Below, one piece after another: positions 7,461 to 17,691 of a DNA stretch of 61,807 bases (position 1 is its first letter; each line of letters starts with the position of its first letter). The notes beneath the pieces were generated by a model. That model did no database searches and had not been told where the DNA came from. It saw only the letters and a list, made by a program, of their open reading frames with translations. Both the position numbers and the translations under genes were made by a program. The DNA is taken from IMG/VR virus record IMGVR_UViG_3300018025_000004, positions 1 through 61,807 of that record; one strand, given 5' to 3'. The stretch comes from a virus.

Positions 7461-8510
7461 ATGTCTCAGATCACGTCTTATGGTGACATCTCGCCCGCAG
7501 TCGCCGCCTACGCGGTGGTGCGTCTGCTCAAGCGCGCGATGCCCTATCTCCACATTGAGAAGTTCGGCCAGACCTACCCCCTGCCGACCAACTCCACGCA
7601 GACCGCCAAGTTCCGCCGTTACTTCCTGCAAGGCGCGGGTGGTTCGGCTGGTACGAACACCAACGGTTCCGCGTTCTATATCCCGCTGGCCACCACGCCC
7701 CTTATCGAAGGCGTGACGCCCAACGGTTCGACCCTCGCCAATCAGGACTATACGGTGCAGCTCGCGCAGTATGGCGACTTCGTGACCATCACCGACGTGA
7801 TCGAAGACACCCATACCGATCCGATCCTCCAGCAGACGACCGACATTCTCGGCGAGCAGGCGGCGGTCACCGTCGAGACCCTGCGCTTCAACGTCCTCAA
7901 GGCGGGTCTGAACGTCTTCTTGGCCGGCAAGGTGGCTGGGCGTGCCCTCGTCGCCACCGCGATTACCCTCGCTGACCAGCGTGCGGTGACCACGGCTCTG
8001 AACCGTCAGAACGCCAAGAAGATCACGCAGGTTGTCGGCTCCACGGCGGACTTCAATACGAAGTCGGTCGAAGCGTCCTACATGGCCATCGTGCATCCCG
8101 ACGTGGAAACCGATCTCCGCAGCATCGCCGGCTTCAAGGTCGTCGCCGACTACGGCCCGCACACCACGCCGTTCGAGGGCGAGATCGGCTCTCTGGAGCA
8201 GGTCCGCTATCTGACCTCCACCGTGTTTACCCCGTGGGCCGATGCCGGCGCTGCCGTCTCCAGCGCGGCGTTCCGCTCGACCTCCGGCATCAACGCCGAC
8301 GTGTATCCGATCCTCGTCTTCGGTCGCGATGCCTTCGGCATTGTCCCGCTGAAAGGCAAGTCGGCCATGACGCCCATGGTGGTCAACCCGAAGCCCGTCT
8401 CCGGCGATCCGCTGGGCCAGCGTGGAACTGTCGGTTGGAAATTGTGGACCGCGACCGTCATCCTGCAAGACGCGTTCATGGCGCGTCTCGAAGTCGCCGT
8501 TTCGGCCTAA
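7461..8510 (+). CDS. Major capsid protein
   Basis: 349 aa with SD GAGGAG, followed by a terminator hairpin. From memory, the N-terminal signature YGDISP..KFGQ..P.P.N....KFRRY resembles N4-gp56-type HK97-fold capsid proteins. Unverified. Confidence 0.75.
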   Translation: MSQITSYGDISPAVAAYAVVRLLKRAMPYLHIEKFGQTYPLPTNSTQTAKFRRYFLQGAGGSAGTNTNGSAFYIPLATTPLIEGVTPNGSTLANQDYTVQLAQYGDFVTITDVIEDTHTDPILQQTTDILGEQAAVTVETLRFNVLKAGLNVFLAGKVAGRALVATAITLADQRAVTTALNRQNAKKITQVVGSTADFNTKSVEASYMAIVHPDVETDLRSIAGFKVVADYGPHTTPFEGEIGSLEQVRYLTSTVFTPWADAGAAVSSAAFRSTSGINADVYPILVFGRDAFGIVPLKGKSAMTPMVVNPKPVSGDPLGQRGTVGWKLWTATVILQDAFMARLEVAVSA

Positions 8511-8516
8511 TCTGGG

Positions 8517-8540
8517 TGGGGGCTTCAGCCCCCATTTCCA
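8517..8540 (+). terminator. Intrinsic terminator/attenuator after the capsid gene
   Basis: Stem TGGGGGC-TTCA-GCCCCCA followed by TTTCC. Confidence 0.55.
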
Positions 8541-8564
8541 CAGTAACTATTCGGAGACAGCATC

Positions 8565-8954
8565 ATGACCATCGACGTTATCGACGTTGCCCTGCACGCT
8601 CCCGCGTTCCCGGTGACCTATACCGGCCCCGGCACTCTGCTGGGCAACCCCTTCTACAGCACCAACCCCGACCTGCTGACCGGCTACTTCACGTCGGACG
8701 GCAACGTTGTGTCGATCCCGCTCGGCTTTGCGCCGCAGGAGATCGAGATCATCAACGAGACTGATGGCATCGTGTGGCAGTGGAACCGCGGCATGTCGGC
8801 CACCCACACCCTCAAGAGCATCGTGGCCGGCGCTTCGTCCCTCGACGCCACCTCGGCCATCGCGGTCACCACCTTCGACGGTCGTTCCACCGTTACGCTC
8901 TCGGCAGCGCTGGCGGCTTCGGCCAAGAACATCATCTACAAAATTCTCGGCTAA
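8565..8954 (+). CDS. Hypothetical virion protein, 129 aa (possible capsid accessory protein)
   Basis: SD GGAGA. Bracketed by two terminator hairpins together with the capsid gene. Confidence 0.6.
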   Translation: MTIDVIDVALHAPAFPVTYTGPGTLLGNPFYSTNPDLLTGYFTSDGNVVSIPLGFAPQEIEIINETDGIVWQWNRGMSATHTLKSIVAGASSLDATSAIAVTTFDGRSTVTLSAALAASAKNIIYKILG

Positions 8955-8976
8955 CGTCCTCCCAGACGTTTCCACT

Positions 8977-9009
8977 GGGGGAGGGTTAATACCCCTCCCC
9001 CATTTTTGT
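8977..9009 (+). terminator. Strong intrinsic terminator
   Basis: Stem GGGGAGGG-TTAATA-CCCCTCCCC followed by ATTTTTGT. Confidence 0.75.
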
Positions 9010-9040
9010 AGGTGCGTACATGGACTGCGGAGCTAGCATC

Positions 9041-9289
9041 ATGACTGACTGCGCGCGCATTAAGCGCCTCGCCAACGGCTATACCATCTCGGTTGACGAT
9101 CCCAAGATCGAGGCCGCGAACCGCAAGCGGAAAGACAGCGTGCCGTGGGTTGATCCGACCCGCGAGTTCGTGTTCGCCAACGTGGCGGACGTGCTGGAGT
9201 GGTTGGAAAAGAACCTCGATAAGGCCTTGCCGGACGACGATTTCGATAGTAGCTTCACGGCTGCATTACTGGAGGACGATGAAAAATGA
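9041..9289 (+). CDS. Hypothetical protein, 82 aa
   Basis: ATG 9041 behind GGAG is preferred over ATG 9020, which has no SD. Confidence 0.5.
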   Translation: MTDCARIKRLANGYTISVDDPKIEAANRKRKDSVPWVDPTREFVFANVADVLEWLEKNLDKALPDDDFDSSFTAALLEDDEK

Positions 9290-9600
9290 GTGAGCCGATC
9301 AAACCGCAGAAGCCCAACCTCGCCGGGCTCTCCAACACCCCGACCAAGACGGTGCGGATCAACGTCGAAGAAAACGACGCCATTCCGCCGTCTGGACTGT
9401 TCGTGTCCCTCAACGGGCGCGCTTATCTGATCCAGCCGGGCAAAAACGTGGACGTGCCTGTCGGCGTTGTTGAAATCCTCGAAAACGCCATCTATGATGC
9501 GCCGCAGGTGGACCCTTCGACTGGCCGTGTTGTCGGTACGTCTTCGCGGCTTCGCTTCCCCTTCCGTCTGGTGCGCAAGGTGGCAGCCACAGAGGACTGA
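9286..9600 (+). CDS. Hypothetical protein, 104 aa
   Basis: ATGA overlap with the upstream gene. Lies in the head/neck gene block. Confidence 0.55.
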   Translation: MSEPIKPQKPNLAGLSNTPTKTVRINVEENDAIPPSGLFVSLNGRAYLIQPGKNVDVPVGVVEILENAIYDAPQVDPSTGRVVGTSSRLRFPFRLVRKVAATED

Positions 9601-9602
9601 CG

Positions 9603-10373
9603 ATGCAGCTCGGCGATCTCCTTGAGGAACTGAGGGAGAATATCCTTCGCGACCGATCCTCCCAGATCGACGGGCCATCCGATCAGCTTTGGACGGACAG
9701 GACGCTTGTCCGCTACATCAACGAGGCCCACCGGCGCTTTGCGCGGATGAGCCTCACCATCCACGACGGTTCCTCGCGTGAGGCGACGTATCTGACCCTG
9801 TTGGACAGCGTCAACACCTACGCGTTGCACCCCTCGGTGCTGGCGGTCGTCTCGGCCAAGATCACAGGCGACACCGCCGACTTGGCGCGCGCAGGCCATG
9901 CGGCCTTCTCGACGTACAGCAAACCCGACCCCTACTTTTTCGATCCGCAGAACCTCTCGACCATGCCGCCCGGTAAGGTGCTGGCTTACTCGACCGATGA
10001 GCAGCTCTCGGAGACGGACGGCGGGGAACGATCCGTAGTTACTTTGACCACCTTTCCGATCCCGGCGGCTCCGTATCTGGCCCAGCCGGTGCGGCTGCGT
10101 GTGGTGCGGCTGCCGCTGAATGATTTTGTGTTGGCCGATCTCACGGCGACCCCGGAGATACCGGAGATACACCATCTGGAGATGCTGGATTGGGCGGCAT
10201 ACCTTGCGCTGCGCATCGCGGACCACGATGCTGGTAACCCGCAGCGCGCCGCTGAGTTTCGCGCTTCGTTTGAGGCCCACGCGGCGCAGGCGAAGAAGGA
10301 CATGATGCGCAAGCTGTTCGCCCCCGCCCAGTGGGGTTTCGGGCGCAACGGTTTCACTTGGGCGGGGAACTAA
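9603..10373 (+). CDS. Hypothetical structural protein, 256 aa (possible head-tail adaptor)
   Basis: Assignment rests on position after the capsid genes. No motif confirmed. Confidence 0.5.
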   Translation: MQLGDLLEELRENILRDRSSQIDGPSDQLWTDRTLVRYINEAHRRFARMSLTIHDGSSREATYLTLLDSVNTYALHPSVLAVVSAKITGDTADLARAGHAAFSTYSKPDPYFFDPQNLSTMPPGKVLAYSTDEQLSETDGGERSVVTLTTFPIPAAPYLAQPVRLRVVRLPLNDFVLADLTATPEIPEIHHLEMLDWAAYLALRIADHDAGNPQRAAEFRASFEAHAAQAKKDMMRKLFAPAQWGFGRNGFTWAGN

Positions 10374-10376
10374 GTT

Positions 10377-11342
10377 ATGACCTCGAAAGTTATGGATATT
10401 AGCGGCGGTGGGATGCCTCCGGTGACCCCGCTGACCCCGGTCATCACCGACAACACCCAAACCACGCCCCCACCCCCGCTCCCGCCGAGACAGGGGTTGG
10501 ATACCGGCACGATTGGCGGGCTGATCGGCGCTGGAGCGGCTGGCGTTGCGAAGGCTGCGCCGTATGTGCAACCTCTCGCGGCGAGGGCGCTTGTGGGCGC
10601 GGGTGCGCTGGGTCTCCCGACTGCGGGTGTTGGTGCGGCTGCGCTGGGTATCCCGCTTGCGGCGGGCGCCGCTGTACCGGCTGTTGGTGGGGTGGTTGGT
10701 CACACGCTGGCAGGCCCCATCGCTGACATGATTATGCCCCAGTCCCCACTGCGACAGCAGCTCAGCCAAGATGCTTCGGCGATTGGCGACGCGTCTGGTT
10801 TCGGCAAGATACAGGCGGCAGTGGGGTTGTACGATAATGCCCGGCTCAACATGTTGAAGAGTGCGTGGGGTGGCTTCGGTGAGGGCATCCAAGGGTTGCG
10901 TGAGGCCATGGCGCAAAAAGGCGTGGTCGGCGGGATGTTGAGCGGGCAACCGTCCGCGCAGGCAGCCCCGGCGCAGGCAGCTCCGGCGCAGGCAGCTCCG
11001 GCGCAGGCAGCTCCGGGGCAGGCAGCTAAGCAGATTGTTCCGGGTAGCCCCGAGCACGGTCAGGCGGCCTTCGCGATGCAGCCTGACCAGTTCAAGCAGT
11101 CGTTGAAAGGTATGACCAACCACGAGGGTATGCAGCTCTTGCAGGCAATGGCACAAATCCCATCGCATGGCGATCAAGCGCTGGCTGAGGTGCACAACCT
11201 GTATAACAAGCAATACGCGGCTGAGCTGAACGATGCCACGTCGCCGGCTGAGCAGCTAAAGGCGTATCAAAATCACGTTGATCGCTTGCTCACCGTCTCG
11301 GTGCGCGGTATTGGTGCTATGAACCCCGATTTACGCAGATAA
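10377..11342 (+). CDS. Gly/Ala-rich virion protein, 321 aa
   Basis: Pro-rich N-terminus, long G/A hydrophobic stretches and four 15-bp in-frame repeats (AQAAP) near 10960-11020. Confidence 0.55.
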   Translation: MTSKVMDISGGGMPPVTPLTPVITDNTQTTPPPPLPPRQGLDTGTIGGLIGAGAAGVAKAAPYVQPLAARALVGAGALGLPTAGVGAAALGIPLAAGAAVPAVGGVVGHTLAGPIADMIMPQSPLRQQLSQDASAIGDASGFGKIQAAVGLYDNARLNMLKSAWGGFGEGIQGLREAMAQKGVVGGMLSGQPSAQAAPAQAAPAQAAPAQAAPGQAAKQIVPGSPEHGQAAFAMQPDQFKQSLKGMTNHEGMQLLQAMAQIPSHGDQALAEVHNLYNKQYAAELNDATSPAEQLKAYQNHVDRLLTVSVRGIGAMNPDLRR

Positions 11343-11361
11343 GCACAGGATAAGCTGGCAC

Positions 11362-14300
11362 ATGGCACAGATCACCGATGTCCAGCAGCCCGCGTTGCCG
11401 GCTGTTGCCAACCTCCCGTCGTTCGCACCACCTCGGGGGTTTGGGCGGGCGTCGTTGGATCAGCTCAATGGTGGTCAACCATCGTTGATTGGTGGCGCAC
11501 TCTCCGCTGGCACACATGAGCTGGGTAGCCAGTTCGGCGGGTTTGTCAGCGCGCTCGGTACGACGCTGGGCATGAACGGCGTCTCTGACTGGGGTCAGCA
11601 GGTTGCGCAGTCGCAGGCAGCGGCTGCGGCGCAGAATGGCCGACCGGACTTGGATGCTGACCCGTGGTCGCCGTCTGGTATGGCTTACGGGCTGGTTAAG
11701 GGCCTGCCGATGTTGACGGGTGTCGCGCTTGCACATCGTCTCGGTGCGAAGCGGCTGGCTCCTGCTCTCGGTGTGTCTGAGGGCGTCGGTGGCACACTCG
11801 GTGCTGGTGCGGCGTTGTATCCCGGCATGGTCGGCAGCAACGTCGAGACTGCGCGCAAAGCCAACGGAGGGGAGCTGACACCGAACGCTGCGGCTGCCTC
11901 GCTGGCTATGGGTGTCCCGGAGGCGGCGATTGGCTCCATTGTGCCGGGTAATGTCGATAAGATGCTCGCGCGCGGTATGGCCGGCGACTGGCTGTCGCGG
12001 CTCGGGAAGGGTGCCGCGATTAACGCTGGTATGGGTGGTGTGCAGGGCGCTGCCAACACCGTGTTCAACCAGTTCCTTGGTGACCAGAGCCGCCCCATCG
12101 CGGATCGGGCGAATGACGTTGTGCAGTCGGCGCTGCAAGGCGCGTTTCAGGGCGGCGTCATCGGTGGCGTCTTCGGTGTTGTGGGTGGTCGGAAGCGTGT
12201 TGCCCCGACCGCGACGGATGACGCCCTGACGAGCGCTGCGACGGTGCCGGGCGCGACGGATGCCGAGCCCGCGAAGACCACTGTTGGCCCTGCTGACGCG
12301 AGCGGTGCTGCGCAGGTGGGCCTCGACCTCCCCGAGCAGCAGACGCCGCAGATGGCGGATCACCCGCTTGCGCCTGAGATGCAAGGCCCGACGATCCCGC
12401 CCGAGATGGTGAATGGCCGGCAGATGTCGCTGTTCACGCCCGACGAAGAGGGTGCGCGGCAGGCCGACATTTTCAAGATGCGCGGCGTGGTGCGTGATGC
12501 GCTTGGCAAGGCTGAGCTGGACCCCAACACCGATACGTCCTTCGTGGATAATCTGAACGCCACCAACACGCCGGAGCTGATTAAGGCCCTACGCGAGCAG
12601 GTAACGCGCTACGACCGCGACAAAGACGGTGCGATGCCTGCGTGGTTCAAAGAGCTTGCCGCTGCGCATGGCGTTGTGGACGAGACGGGCAAGACGCGTA
12701 ACCTCACCGATGAACATGCTGACCTGCTCACGCAGATCGAGACACAGAAGGGTGCCGGGAACGGTACGTATCAGACACTTTTGGAGCGCGCCGCGCAGCG
12801 TAAGGCGGAAGGCAATGACGCTCGGCAGACCGTCCTATTGGATCAAGCAAATACGATCCGCGCGCGAAACGATGAAAAGGTCGCAGCCCTCCAAAAGCGA
12901 GCCGACGAACTAACGCCGCTCATGGACCAGCACGCGCAGGCTGACGCGCTGCCGGATAAGTTCTCGCCGAAGCAGGTGCCTGACACGCTGAGCGACAAAC
13001 CGAAGGCCGCAGCGCTCTATCAGCAGATGGAGCTTTTGCGCGACCACTCGCCTGATCCCAAGATCGCTGAGCGTGCTGCACGGGCGTCTGATTTGCTGCG
13101 GTCGGGGCGGCAGGACCAGATGCGCCGTGCAGCGCAGATTGCGCAGGACTTCGCTGATCGTGTGGCGCGTGAGTGGGGTTACAGCGACAGGGACAAGCCG
13201 GTCGCTCCTGCCGTGGACGAGGACGCTGCCCGGCGAGCCGCTGACGACACTACCCAGCCGGCTCCGGCCCCTGACACGACCGTGGACGAGGACGCTGCCC
13301 GGCGAGCCGCTGACGACACTACCCAGCCGGCTCCGGCCCCTGACACGACCGTGGACGAGGACGCTGCCCGGCGGGTGGCCGCCGAGGCTCCCGAGACGCC
13401 TGCGGAGCGGGAAGCCGCAGTAACTGCGCCCCCGGCCACCCCGGATGCCCAGCCTGTGGTCGCTGCCCCGGAGGGCATCCCGTTCATGGTCACCAAGGCC
13501 ATGCGTAAAACGCTGCTGGAGCGGGGCTATACGGTTGACGACGTGCGCAACATGACGCCTGCGAAGGCGCGGGAGGCGTTGCAAGCTCCCACGGCTCCCA
13601 CAGCTCCCCCGGTTGTGGATAATCCCACCCCGTCGCCCGAAGCGCAGATGAGGGTTCGGGATGAGATTGCCCCGTCGATGTTGGAGGCTCAGCGTAAGGA
13701 GCTTGAGGATCACGTCGCGCGCACGCAGGCGGATCGTGCCACGCGGTTGCAGGCTGAGAGGCAGGCCGCACTTAGCCAGACCGGGGCGTATCAGCCGCCC
13801 AAGAAGAGCATCTCCCTCGGGGGTATCCAGCGGTCGAAGGACGCACTGGCGACCATGGCTGAGCCGGCGGGTCGGACGCAGGCTGACGTGGATGCCGAGC
13901 ACCTGATCTCCAATGGTGCGACCGGCGCGCAGGTGCTCAAGCATATTGAGGACACCACCACCGATCCGAACTTGCGCCGTCTGGCCAAGAAGATGCGGGA
14001 GAGGGGCCTTGACCCCACAATCTCGTATGGCACGCGGGATGAGATTGAGGCGGATGCGCAGGCGACGCAGGGTAAGACCTTCGACGCCACGAACGCGGAC
14101 GCGGCGTATAACGAGACGACGAACCATGTGTGGCTGGCATCGCGTGAGAACACGCACCAGAATATCATGCACGAGATGATGCACTCCGCGACGTGGAAGG
14201 CGATTGAGGCCGGCGGACCCATCGCGAAGCGTATGAACGACCTGTTTGAGCAGGTTAAGCGGTCGGCAGCAGTGCGTCTGGATAAGGCTGCGGGCAAAGT

Positions 14301-17300
14301 GCCGTATGGTCTGACCAACCTGCACGAGTTTGTTGCTGAGGCGTTCACGAACCCGTGGTTCCGTGACACCCTCTCTAAGGTCACGATGCCCGGTGAGACC
14401 AAGACCCTCTGGGGCAAGTTCAAGGATGCGGTTAAGCGGTTGTTCAACCAGCCAGAGAAGACCCGCACGGCGCTCGATGAAATTATGGACATGGGGCAAG
14501 ACCTCATGGACGAGCACCAGAAGATCGACGTGTCGCCGCAAAGTGAGGCGATCATGGCCAAACGCGTTGCGGATGAGCATGAGAAAGTCAGCATAGTAGG
14601 CGCAGGCATCTTCCATCAAGCGCAGGATAGCCTCAGCAAGCTGGCCAACCTCGTCTCAAATCCGAAAGAGATGGGCACGAAGATCAGTGCGTTCGCTGAC
14701 TACAATATGACCCGCACACAGATGATCCGGCGTCATGCGGCTGAGTTTGCGTCCGGCGCAACGCAGCACATGGAGGATGCGTGGGCAGCGCACACGGCCA
14801 TTGGTCAAGCTGCGGCAACGACCGGCTTGCATGTTAAGGTCGCCATCGACGGGATTAAGGATGTTGCGACGCGTGATGCGGCGCTGCGGGATGCGTTTTG
14901 GTCGAGCCAGATCGGGGCGCACCCGTTCAAGACGTTTGCGGAGCAGCCGAACCTCCACAACCGTAAGGATCGGGCGATCATTCAGCCGGAAATCGACCGC
15001 ATCGCGAAGGCGTTCAACGACGTGTACCGCCAGAAGGGCGCGCGTGACGCGATCACGCAGGCGCACGCGGCTGGTGAGGCGCAGAACGCATCGCAGATGA
15101 TGCTGGGGCTGCACGAGTTTATGCGCCGGGAGAAATTCGGTGACTTGATTACCGATGCGGACGTGCACGACCAGTTCGCGAATAATGCCGATGCGCACAC
15201 CCCGGCGACTGCGGCTACGTTCTATAGGGCTGCGCTGGATAAGCAGGTCGCCAACATCAAGCAGTTTGTGGATGCGCAGGAAGGCTCTGTCGCCCATCTG
15301 CCCCAGAACGATAGTGCGCGGCAGGCTGTGACGGCGCAGCTCAAAGACTTGAAGGGTCAGCTCAACGCAATCAGCAGTAACTTGATCACCCACGAGCACT
15401 CGCCGTATATGCCTTCCGGTCGTGAGGGTGAATACGCGGCGGCGTTCACGTTGAAGCTCGGCGACGATGGGCAAATCCACCCGCAGGCGTTGGCGGCGTT
15501 ACAGGACGGGCTTGCTGCGCGCGGCCTGAATGTCGGCATCAATCAGCATGTGGATAACCCGAGTGTGTTTATTCGGGTGGGTACGCTCGACAAAGCGCAG
15601 CAGATTGCCGATCTCGCGCAGGATTTGGGTAAGCGCGGCTTGCTGGACGAAAAGGGCGATGCTCCACTGGCAAAGCGGTTGGATGACGATGCCATGGCGA
15701 GCCGCACGCGGCCTGCGTGGGTGAAGCAGATGATGGACAGTGTGGCGCAGGATACGCGTATTCCCGAGGAGCAGCGGGCCGCGATCCATGACCAGCTTCG
15801 TCAGACGTGGGCTGACATTTTGCCGTCGCGTGACGTGGTGCAGCTCGCCCGCAAAAACGTCCAAGGCTTCTCCACTGACGTGGCGCGGGCGCTGGATCGT
15901 CGTAACAGTGTGTGGGCGAACGGGCTTGCCAATCTCGTGACGCAAGAGCGCAAGAACGTCGCGTTTGGTGAGATGCGGGATGATATTGGCAATCTTCAAC
16001 GGCAGCCCGATGTATCCAAGACGGTCAGCGCGCAGAACTGTCTCAATGAGCTGGCTACGCGTGAAGTTGGCCGTGACTGGCGTCCGCAAACGACAGGGGG
16101 TGATACCTTCCGCTCCGCGCTCCATGCGTGGCAGCTCGGCGTGTCCCCCGCGTATTTTGTGCTGGAGCTGTCGCAGGCCCCCATGTTCGTGCTTCCGGCT
16201 ATGTCTGCGGAGCGGGGTATTGCGAAATCCACTGCTGCGCTGACCAGCAACCTTGCTATGACGATTAAAGTCATGCGCGCTATTTCGAGTGGTCCGCTGG
16301 GCAAGTACGGCGTGTTCACCGCGCAGGGGTTGAAGGACGCGAATATCCCGCCGGCTATCGCTGAGCATCTCCTCAAGTGCAACAATCGTGGCTGGTTTGA
16401 AAACTCAGCCACGCGTGAGCTTGGGATGTCTGCGGACGGTCGCGCACAAACCACCACCCAGAAGGCAATCCACTGGGCGAACTTGTCCGCGCTCTACACC
16501 GAAGTTGCCATGCACGTAAACACGGCTCTGGCCGTGAAATCGCTGCACGATACCAAGCCATTCGCGGAGGGGCTGGATGCCGCGACTGACCGCATCATGG
16601 AGAAGGGTCACTGGAAGTGGGGCGCAGGAGAGAACGCGCGCTCCATGGGCAAGCAGGGTTTTGCCGGCAAAGCGACGCCCTATCTGACGCAGTTCATGGG
16701 CTGGCAGATGAAGGCTCTTGAGACCTATTACCGCGAGCTGCACACTGTGTTCAGCGGCGATGCCTCGCGTGATGCGCGAATACAGTCCGCTAAGTTTATC
16801 GGCGGTCATATGGCTGCGGTTGTGGCGTTCTCCGGCTTGTCCGGTTTGCCCACGACGCCGCTTATGGGTCTGGCGTCGAAGGTCATGAACACGCTGACCG
16901 GGTCGGATCAATACGATTTCGAGCAGAACTATCGTAGTTATCTTACAAGCATGTTCGGCAAGGAGTTCGGTGACGCCATGGCGCGCGGTCTTCCGCATCT
17001 GGCCGGATTTGACATGAGCGACGTGGGTGATGAGGGCTTGGTCCCCGGCGGTCGGTTCCTCGCAGATCAGCGGAAGTGGCAGGATGCTTCCAAAGACGCC
17101 GCGTGGCGGTCGATGGGTGCGGGTATCGGCTTCGCGAGCAACGCTGTTGGCGCGATGCAGGATTGGTCGATGGGTAACCCCGAAGCAGCTCTCCGCAAGT
17201 TGCTGCCGGCCACGCTGCGTAACCCGTATGAAGCGTACATGATGCACGAGCATGGCTACGTCAACAACTCGGGCGTGAAGGCACCGATCCAGCCGACGAG

Positions 17301-17664
17301 CGCGGATGTGTGGAAGAAAGCTCTGGGCCTTGAGCCCGCGAGCATGAAGCAGAATGAGGACTTACGCGATCAGGCGGAACGCACCGAGACCATGCAGCAC
17401 AACATCTCCGGTGCCATTGAGGCGAATATCAAGCGCGCAATATCGTATGGTGATGGCTCCTCGTTGCAGGATGCGATACAGAAGGCGCAGGCGTTCAATC
17501 AGACCCACCCGAATACCCCTATCGACGTGAACAAGGCGGCGGTGGGTGTCCAGATGGAGAACGCACGCGCGATTGGGCTGGGGCTGCCTGCTGGCACCGG
17601 CAAACCGACAGATGCGCGCTTGCGCACACGCCTCGACCCGTATTATATTCCGGGTAAGTCCTAA
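11362..17664 (+). CDS. Giant virion-associated multidomain protein (2100 aa) with an ArdC/zincin-like HExxH motif
   Basis: Single uninterrupted ORF. Gly-rich N-terminus. A 69-bp repeat is present 2.4 times. The motif NIMHEMMHSATW...LHEFVAEAF lies near residues 938-995. Confidence 0.8.
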   Translation: MAQITDVQQPALPAVANLPSFAPPRGFGRASLDQLNGGQPSLIGGALSAGTHELGSQFGGFVSALGTTLGMNGVSDWGQQVAQSQAAAAAQNGRPDLDADPWSPSGMAYGLVKGLPMLTGVALAHRLGAKRLAPALGVSEGVGGTLGAGAALYPGMVGSNVETARKANGGELTPNAAAASLAMGVPEAAIGSIVPGNVDKMLARGMAGDWLSRLGKGAAINAGMGGVQGAANTVFNQFLGDQSRPIADRANDVVQSALQGAFQGGVIGGVFGVVGGRKRVAPTATDDALTSAATVPGATDAEPAKTTVGPADASGAAQVGLDLPEQQTPQMADHPLAPEMQGPTIPPEMVNGRQMSLFTPDEEGARQADIFKMRGVVRDALGKAELDPNTDTSFVDNLNATNTPELIKALREQVTRYDRDKDGAMPAWFKELAAAHGVVDETGKTRNLTDEHADLLTQIETQKGAGNGTYQTLLERAAQRKAEGNDARQTVLLDQANTIRARNDEKVAALQKRADELTPLMDQHAQADALPDKFSPKQVPDTLSDKPKAAALYQQMELLRDHSPDPKIAERAARASDLLRSGRQDQMRRAAQIAQDFADRVAREWGYSDRDKPVAPAVDEDAARRAADDTTQPAPAPDTTVDEDAARRAADDTTQPAPAPDTTVDEDAARRVAAEAPETPAEREAAVTAPPATPDAQPVVAAPEGIPFMVTKAMRKTLLERGYTVDDVRNMTPAKAREALQAPTAPTAPPVVDNPTPSPEAQMRVRDEIAPSMLEAQRKELEDHVARTQADRATRLQAERQAALSQTGAYQPPKKSISLGGIQRSKDALATMAEPAGRTQADVDAEHLISNGATGAQVLKHIEDTTTDPNLRRLAKKMRERGLDPTISYGTRDEIEADAQATQGKTFDATNADAAYNETTNHVWLASRENTHQNIMHEMMHSATWKAIEAGGPIAKRMNDLFEQVKRSAAVRLDKAAGKVPYGLTNLHEFVAEAFTNPWFRDTLSKVTMPGETKTLWGKFKDAVKRLFNQPEKTRTALDEIMDMGQDLMDEHQKIDVSPQSEAIMAKRVADEHEKVSIVGAGIFHQAQDSLSKLANLVSNPKEMGTKISAFADYNMTRTQMIRRHAAEFASGATQHMEDAWAAHTAIGQAAATTGLHVKVAIDGIKDVATRDAALRDAFWSSQIGAHPFKTFAEQPNLHNRKDRAIIQPEIDRIAKAFNDVYRQKGARDAITQAHAAGEAQNASQMMLGLHEFMRREKFGDLITDADVHDQFANNADAHTPATAATFYRAALDKQVANIKQFVDAQEGSVAHLPQNDSARQAVTAQLKDLKGQLNAISSNLITHEHSPYMPSGREGEYAAAFTLKLGDDGQIHPQALAALQDGLAARGLNVGINQHVDNPSVFIRVGTLDKAQQIADLAQDLGKRGLLDEKGDAPLAKRLDDDAMASRTRPAWVKQMMDSVAQDTRIPEEQRAAIHDQLRQTWADILPSRDVVQLARKNVQGFSTDVARALDRRNSVWANGLANLVTQERKNVAFGEMRDDIGNLQRQPDVSKTVSAQNCLNELATREVGRDWRPQTTGGDTFRSALHAWQLGVSPAYFVLELSQAPMFVLPAMSAERGIAKSTAALTSNLAMTIKVMRAISSGPLGKYGVFTAQGLKDANIPPAIAEHLLKCNNRGWFENSATRELGMSADGRAQTTTQKAIHWANLSALYTEVAMHVNTALAVKSLHDTKPFAEGLDAATDRIMEKGHWKWGAGENARSMGKQGFAGKATPYLTQFMGWQMKALETYYRELHTVFSGDASRDARIQSAKFIGGHMAAVVAFSGLSGLPTTPLMGLASKVMNTLTGSDQYDFEQNYRSYLTSMFGKEFGDAMARGLPHLAGFDMSDVGDEGLVPGGRFLADQRKWQDASKDAAWRSMGAGIGFASNAVGAMQDWSMGNPEAALRKLLPATLRNPYEAYMMHEHGYVNNSGVKAPIQPTSADVWKKALGLEPASMKQNEDLRDQAERTETMQHNISGAIEANIKRAISYGDGSSLQDAIQKAQAFNQTHPNTPIDVNKAAVGVQMENARAIGLGLPAGTGKPTDARLRTRLDPYYIPGKS
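13213..13376 (+). repeat. 69-bp in-frame tandem repeat, 2.4 copies (VDEDAARRAADDTTQPAPAPDTT)
   Basis: 13213-13281 and 13282-13350 are identical; a partial third copy follows. Confidence 0.9.
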
Positions 17665-17691
17665 CCACAGTTACTACGCGGGAGCACACAC

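Noticed and set aside
11362-17664. The giant ORF as an N4-type virion RNA polymerase using the hairpin modules as promoters.
   Set aside because: By eye I found only weak, mis-spaced look-alikes of T7-type motifs. RLDKAAGKVPYG has R-x2-K-x6-YG rather than R-x3-K-x7-YG, and VHDQF is a single isolated match.

The first of these lies inside a region better explained as an HExxH zincin domain.

I have kept this only as something for structure searches to exclude.
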